From positions 1 to 10,813 of the forward strand of contig JASLZZ010000035.1 in NCBI GenBank assembly GCA_030754595.1: a stretch of DNA of 10,813 nucleotides, given 5' to 3'. Every line of letters begins with the position of its first letter. Positions within the stretch are counted from its first letter, which is position 1. Shown here piece after piece: positions 6,273 through 10,813 of the stretch. The stretch comes from Nitrospinota bacterium. GTDB taxonomy: Bacteria > UBA8248. Position numbers and translations under genes: made by a program. The notes beneath the pieces were generated by a model. That model had not been told where the DNA came from. It made no database searches and saw nothing but the letters and a program-made list of their open reading frames with translations.

Positions 6273-6409
6273 CGGGGGAAGTTAGGCGGTTTTTAGAGGT
6301 TCCCATAAGCTTAAAAAGGGGAGGAGACAAGGGAAAACTGCGGGGAAAATTATACAACGCCCATATATAATTGTTTATGAAAGCGTTAAGAAATACAAAA
6401 TTGACGACC

Positions 6410-6913
6410 CTAAATCTCACACCTCGCCGACCGCCAGTTTTTTCGCATCCCCGCCGCCCGGGTCACCTCCCCGGGCGAGACCTTCGCCATGAGGCGCTTT
6501 TGATAGGGGTCGGCGAATATCCGCCCGCTCGAAAGCGCATGCTCAAGCCACATCAGCACCAGCGCCCGGTCGGGGCGCAGCCCGGGGGTCCTCCACGCGT
6601 ACTCGCCCGCGTGAATTTTGCTGACTTCGATCTGGGACTCGAGGTGGCCCTTCCGGGCGGCCGTACAATACCATTTCAAGGCCTTGCGCGTGCTCAGGAA
6701 CCCGCCCGCGCCACAGCAGTAGGACTGGCCCAGGGCAAAGTGGGCGTCCAGATCGCCCTCCTTCGCCAGCGCCTCTTTTTCGGAGCGCTTGTCGAGGTCG
6801 AGCAGCCCCTTCACGTTGCCCACCGCCGTGCGGGCGGCTTCCTCGACCACACAGCCCGCCGCCAGGGTCAACAGAGCCGCCAGGGCGGCGGTCCTCGCCG
6901 AATTCCCAGCCAT
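6410..6913 (-). CDS. Sel1-like repeat lipoprotein
   Basis: Signal peptide ending in lipobox LAAGC. Sel1 patterns AKEGDLDAHFALGQSY, ALKWYCTAARKGH and LMWLEHA. It starts 3 nt after the Mo-subunit stop, with an AAGGA RBS. Confidence 0.78.
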   Translation of the reverse strand: MAGNSARTAALAALLTLAAGCVVEEAARTAVGNVKGLLDLDKRSEKEALAKEGDLDAHFALGQSYCCGAGGFLSTRKALKWYCTAARKGHLESQIEVSKIHAGEYAWRTPGLRPDRALVLMWLEHALSSGRIFADPYQKRLMAKVSPGEVTRAAGMRKNWRSARCEI

Positions 6914-6916
6914 TCG

Positions 6917-9253
6917 TCAGCTTCCTTTTTTCTCTCGCGTGGTTCTCTCTCGCATGGCGCGGAGCACACGCTCCGGGGTGACGGGCAGTTCCGCCACGTA
7001 GGCGCCCGTCGCATCGGCAATCGCGTTCGCGACGGCGGCGGCGGTCGGAACGATGGGCGTCTCCCCCGCCCCCTTTGCGCCGTAAGGGCCGTCGGCCGCG
7101 TTTTTCTCGACGATGAGACTCTCCACCGCACCGATGTCCATCGCGGTCGGCATGAGCATGTGCTCAAGCCCGGGCGCCTCGATAGTCCCGCCTTTCGCGG
7201 CAAGTTCCTCAGAGAGGGCATACCCCAGCCCCTGGACCACACCGCCCTCCATCTGGCCCTCAAGCTGAAGTGGATTGAAGGCGAATCCCACGTCCTGGGC
7301 GTTGATGAAGCGGAGCACCTCTACCTCCCCCGTGTCGGGGTCCACGCGCACGTGAGCGATCTGGGTGGCGAACTGGGGAGCCGAGCGGGCGGGCTCGGGA
7401 TGTCCTTCGACGGTGGAAGCGTCGTGGGGCGGGTTCAGGCCTCTGAACGAGCCGCTTCCGATGGGGGGGCCTCCGCCGGCGCTGTAAGCGCGGGCGACCA
7501 ACTCCTTGAGGGAGAGCCGCCGGCCGGGGTCGACCTGGGCACGGACGCCGCCACCCGTGTATTTCAGGTCCTCGGGCGCGACCTCCATCGCCTCGGCTGC
7601 CTCGCGGATGAGCTGCGCCTTCATATCGTCGGCCGCGAGGCGGATGGCCTGGCCGGCGTTGAAGGTGGTTCGGCTGCCGCCGGTGATTCGGTCGTAGGGC
7701 GTCGAGGCGGTGTCGGCGCTGATCACCGACACCCGCGAGAGGTCAACCCCCATCTCGGCCGCCACCAGCTGGGCGGCGATCGTGTTCAGTCCCGTGCCCA
7801 GATCGCTTCCTCCCACAGCGACGATCAGGGTGCCGTCCTCGTTGGCACGGAGGGTGGCGCCGGAGGGTCCCCCACCCGTCGGAAAGCGCGAGCAGGCGAC
7901 CCCGTAGCCCTCGCCGCTCCCTTTTTTCCGGCCCGCCCAGTCAAACGCCACGGCCGCCCGGAGCAGGGTGTCCTCCAGGCTGACGGCGTACATCCTTGCG
8001 CCAACCGAGTCGAGGTTCCCTTCGCGGAAGGCGTTCTTGATCCGGAACTCGATGGGGTCGATCCCCAGTTCACGGGCGATCCGGTCTATCTGCACCTCAC
8101 AGGCGTAGGCCGCCTGGGGCGCCCCGAGCCCGCGGACCGAGCCGTTGGGAAGCTTGTTCGTGTAGGCGATCTTCGCCTCGATGGAAACATGCTTCATCCG
8201 GTAGGGACCGCTGATGGAGTAGGTCGTCCGCCCGAGCACGTTGGGCCCCGAGGTGGCGAAGGCGCCCGTGTCGCCGGTGATCTCGGCCCTGCGGGCGAGG
8301 AGTTTGCCCTCCGAGTTGACGCCGGTCTCAAGGCGGAACCGGAAGGGGTGCCGGGGGTGGCTCGTCAGCGTGTCATCCTCCCGGCCCAGGATAATCTGCA
8401 CGGGTCGGCCCGCTGTCGCCGCGAGCAGGACGGTCACCACTTCGAGCAGCTGGGTCGTCTTGCCGCCGAAGCCTCCTCCCACATGGGTGCAGATCACGCG
8501 GAGGCGCGAGAGGCTAATACCGAGCGCCTCGGCGATGAAGGAGCGGACGGCGAACACAGCCTGAGAGGGCGTCCATACGGTGTAGCTCCCGCCGCCCGAC
8601 GGGTCGGCGAGGCAGGCGCGGGGCTCGAGGTAGCCGGCGTGCATGAGCTGGGTCTCGTAGGTGTCCTCGAAAACATGGTCCGCCCGGCCTAGGGCGGCCT
8701 CGGCGTCACCGCTGTTGACCCGGATGAAACACGGCATGTTCCCCGAGCGAATGTTCCCCCGGAAGGATTTGTAGCCCCCGAGATCGGGGTGGATGATCGG
8801 CGCGCCCTCGGCGAGGGCGGAGTCCATGTCGAAAACGGCGGGAAGCGGCTCGTACTCCACCCGGATGAGCGAAAGGGCCTCCTCGGCCACATCGCCGTCC
8901 ACCGCCGCGACCGCAGCCACCCGCTCGCCCCAGAAGCGCACCCTCCCTCGAGCAAAAAGCGTTTCGTCCTCGACGAAGCGCCCGAGACGAACCTGTGGAG
9001 TGTCCTCGTCCGTCACCACCGCGTGGACGCCCGGCAGCGCCCGGGCGCGCCGGGTGTCGATCCGCCGAATCAGAGCGTGGGGGTGCGAGCTCAGGAGCAA
9101 CCGCCCGGTGAGCATACCGGGCAGCCCCTCGTCCGCGCCGAAACGGGCCTCTCCGGCCGCCTTCTCGGGACCGTCGGTCCGGGGGATACGCGCCCCAAGG
9201 GGATAGGTGGGGCTCCCGTCCGAGGGATTATCGCTTCCGTTTCCAAGGGTCAT
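6917..9253 (-). CDS. Xanthine dehydrogenase/aldehyde oxidase family molybdopterin-binding large subunit, 778 aa
   Basis: Motifs R-DG-EK--G-A-F--D, HAGYLEP, VGGGFGGK, SVRGLGAPQ, GGSRT, DVGFAFNP, GQMEGG and GAKGAGETP (catalytic Glu). Confidence 0.95.
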   Translation of the reverse strand: MTLGNGSDNPSDGSPTYPLGARIPRTDGPEKAAGEARFGADEGLPGMLTGRLLLSSHPHALIRRIDTRRARALPGVHAVVTDEDTPQVRLGRFVEDETLFARGRVRFWGERVAAVAAVDGDVAEEALSLIRVEYEPLPAVFDMDSALAEGAPIIHPDLGGYKSFRGNIRSGNMPCFIRVNSGDAEAALGRADHVFEDTYETQLMHAGYLEPRACLADPSGGGSYTVWTPSQAVFAVRSFIAEALGISLSRLRVICTHVGGGFGGKTTQLLEVVTVLLAATAGRPVQIILGREDDTLTSHPRHPFRFRLETGVNSEGKLLARRAEITGDTGAFATSGPNVLGRTTYSISGPYRMKHVSIEAKIAYTNKLPNGSVRGLGAPQAAYACEVQIDRIARELGIDPIEFRIKNAFREGNLDSVGARMYAVSLEDTLLRAAVAFDWAGRKKGSGEGYGVACSRFPTGGGPSGATLRANEDGTLIVAVGGSDLGTGLNTIAAQLVAAEMGVDLSRVSVISADTASTPYDRITGGSRTTFNAGQAIRLAADDMKAQLIREAAEAMEVAPEDLKYTGGGVRAQVDPGRRLSLKELVARAYSAGGGPPIGSGSFRGLNPPHDASTVEGHPEPARSAPQFATQIAHVRVDPDTGEVEVLRFINAQDVGFAFNPLQLEGQMEGGVVQGLGYALSEELAAKGGTIEAPGLEHMLMPTAMDIGAVESLIVEKNAADGPYGAKGAGETPIVPTAAAVANAIADATGAYVAELPVTPERVLRAMRERTTREKKGS

Positions 9254-9345
9254 TTTTCTTTCGCCTCAATCGCCGTCGCCGTCCGGTTTCGATAAATCTT
9301 CAGCGAAAAGAATACCACGGAACAAACCCGAGAAAAGGCGGCCAG

Positions 9346-9374
9346 TTTACCCGCCGTGAGAAGTTAACTACACT
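9346..9374 (+). promoter_or_regulatory. Candidate sigma70 promoter producing a leaderless mRNA
   Basis: TTTACC-17 nt-TACACT, then 6 nt to the ATG at 9381. No Shine-Dalgarno sequence. Confidence 0.5.
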
Positions 9375-9380
9375 CCGGCC

Positions 9381-10190
9381 ATGTCCAGCGCCGACAAACC
9401 ACCGATTCTATCCCGGAAAAACGCGCAAGAACCCTCGGTTTTCGACCCGAGGAACCTGATGCGCGAGGCGAGGCGCCAGCTCGCCATCCCCGAGGGAAGC
9501 GTCCCCGAAATCTGCCTCCTCGATCCGGACGGGGACATCCTCCGTCATCTGAAGCGCTCGGGCGAGGCCGCCCGCAACGAAAGCTGGGCCTGCTACCACA
9601 CCGAACTCTACGATTTCTCCCTCGGGGACCTGCGCCTGGGCATCGTCGGCTGCGCGGTGGGGGCCTCATTCGCGGTCCTCATCGCCGAGGAGATGTTCGC
9701 CTCGGGCTGTAAGTTCCTCATCAGCATGACCTCGTCGGGCCAGATCATGCCCATCCGGAAACCGCCCTTCTTCGTGCTGATTGAAAAATCGCTCCGCGAC
9801 GAAGGGACGAGCTACCACTACCTCCCGCCCTCGGAGTACAGCGAAATTCCGGGCGAAGTGCTCTCAATCCTGAAGGACGCTTTCGCGGAAATTTCCGACG
9901 CGGTCGAGCGCGGGACCACCTGGACGACGGACGCGCCCTTCCGCGAGACAGAGACGGCCATCGCGCACTGCCGGAGCGCGGGGATACTGGCCGTCGAGAT
10001 GGAGGCGGCCGCTCTTTACGCTTTTTCTCGGGCGCGCGGGAAACCGGCCGTCTGCTTCGCGCACGTGACCAACCAGATGGGAAACAACGAGGAGGACTTC
10101 GAGAAGGGCGAGGAGATGGGCGGGCCGGACGCCCTCCGCGTCATCGAGGCCGCCGCCAGGGCTTGGCTGGCCTCGGGGCCGGGCGCCTAG
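9381..10190 (+). CDS. Nucleoside phosphorylase family protein (PNP/UDP family 1, uridine phosphorylase-like)
   Basis: Motifs VGASFAVLIAEE, RDEGTSYHY, WTTDAPFRET and VEMEAAALY. Confidence 0.9.
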   Translation: MSSADKPPILSRKNAQEPSVFDPRNLMREARRQLAIPEGSVPEICLLDPDGDILRHLKRSGEAARNESWACYHTELYDFSLGDLRLGIVGCAVGASFAVLIAEEMFASGCKFLISMTSSGQIMPIRKPPFFVLIEKSLRDEGTSYHYLPPSEYSEIPGEVLSILKDAFAEISDAVERGTTWTTDAPFRETETAIAHCRSAGILAVEMEAAALYAFSRARGKPAVCFAHVTNQMGNNEEDFEKGEEMGGPDALRVIEAAARAWLASGPGA

Positions 10191-10193
10191 TGC

Positions 10194-10697
10194 CTACTGG
10201 CCATATATCTCCCCCGTTTCAAACCATTCTTCGCCGGGCTGCTCGGGGGGATCTTCGTAGCGCTTGATCTCGATCTCGATATGGTCCGGATCGTAGAAAT
10301 AGCTCGCGTAGCCGATGCCGAAGGCGCCAAGGTTCCGATCCGGGCCCCGGTGAATTTCATAGCCGTTCTCCACCACCCGCCGGAGGATCGCCTCGTATTC
10401 CGGCTCATCAAACGAGAAGGCCACATGGTCCATCCCGCCGGTCCACTTCTGGTTCGCTTTTTTCGCTAAATTCTCGGATACCACCGAGGGTTTTTTATCG
10501 GCTTTCTCGGTGTTTGCCTTTTTGCTGTGGAAAAGGACGAGGACATCCTCCCCCACGCGAAAGACCACCTGCTCGATCGCGCCGTCGCCGACCAAACGCC
10601 GGCAGACGGGCTTAAAGCCCATGACCTCGCGGTAGAAGGCAATGGATCTGTCCAGGTCGGTGACGCGCAGGGCCACGTGTTCGATCATGGTCTTCAT
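10194..10697 (-). CDS. VOC (glyoxalase/bleomycin resistance/dioxygenase) family protein
   Basis: Motifs EHVALRVTDLDRSIAFY..VMGF, MDHVAF and SYFYDPDHIEIEI. The start is placed at ATG 10697 because GAGGTG lies 6 nt upstream. Confidence 0.9.
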   Translation of the reverse strand: MKTMIEHVALRVTDLDRSIAFYREVMGFKPVCRRLVGDGAIEQVVFRVGEDVLVLFHSKKANTEKADKKPSVVSENLAKKANQKWTGGMDHVAFSFDEPEYEAILRRVVENGYEIHRGPDRNLGAFGIGYASYFYDPDHIEIEIKRYEDPPEQPGEEWFETGEIYGQ

Positions 10698-10721
10698 TTC
10701 ATTCACCTCTCTTTTGGGGCC

Positions 10722-10813
10722 TCACTCTTCGTAGGCCCTGACGATCTCGACCCCGGCCCCGGGCTCCGGCCCGGTCCGGCCCTCGGCCACCGCCCGGACG
10801 GCGTCGATGATGC
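10722..10813 (-). CDS. 3' end of an unidentified CDS (partial), probably co-transcribed with the VOC gene
   Basis: GC3-rich frame IIDAVRAVAEGRTGPEPGAGVEIVRAYEE* ending in TGA at 10724-10722, 24 nt before the VOC start. Confidence 0.65.
   Translation of the reverse strand, partial: IIDAVRAVAEGRTGPEPGAGVEIVRAYEE

Noticed and set aside
5806..6420. 204-aa ORF as a frameshifted SDR N-terminus
   Set aside because: Its N-terminal part has no Rossmann TGxxxGxG motif and derives from AT-rich intergenic DNA.
6371..8692. 773-aa plus-strand ORF
   Set aside because: Antisense shadow of the Mo subunit and Sel1 genes, as expected in high-GC3 DNA, with no recognisable motifs.
6917..9253. Aerobic CO dehydrogenase CoxL
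   Set aside because: The active-site loop is GSVRGLG, not AYxCSFR (form I) or AYRGAGR (form II).
10194..10697. ArsI C-As lyase, considered because arsM is nearby
   Set aside because: It lacks the vicinal Cys-Cys pair that ArsI uses to bind organoarsenicals.
1..10813. CRISPR array, tRNA/rRNA, riboswitch or anti-phage defence genes
   Set aside because: I saw no regularly spaced repeats or recognisable RNA or defence motifs by eye. An Rfam/Infernal scan was not run.

Overview
GC-rich bacterial window (genetic code 11) that reads as a patchwork of short, partly decayed catabolic and metal-related units. From left to right: (1) the left end of an IS3-family insertion sequence (minus strand, 1-141), missed by the ORF track, abuts a LivF-like ABC ATPase 3' remnant. 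(2) A minus-strand unit holds a 54-aa FmdB-type zinc-ribbon gene (also missed), a c-type cytochrome gene broken by one in-frame TGA, and a translationally coupled PaaK-like acyl-CoA ligase. (3) A divergent two-gene operon encodes an M20-fold hydrolase with non-canonical metal motifs resembling 5-nitroanthranilate aminohydrolase (NaaA), plus an uncharacterised protein made of two tandem copies of one domain. (4) A stand-alone arsM has a candidate palindromic operator. (5) A 5'-truncated SDR remnant follows. (6) An orphan xanthine-dehydrogenase-family Mo subunit is coupled to a Sel1 lipoprotein. (7) The window ends with a probably leaderless nucleoside-phosphorylase-family gene, a VOC protein and the 3' end of an unknown CDS. 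The best candidate for an undescribed system is the NaaA-like hydrolase plus duplicated-domain protein operon (2675-4795). All family calls come from recognising motifs by eye; no searches were run.
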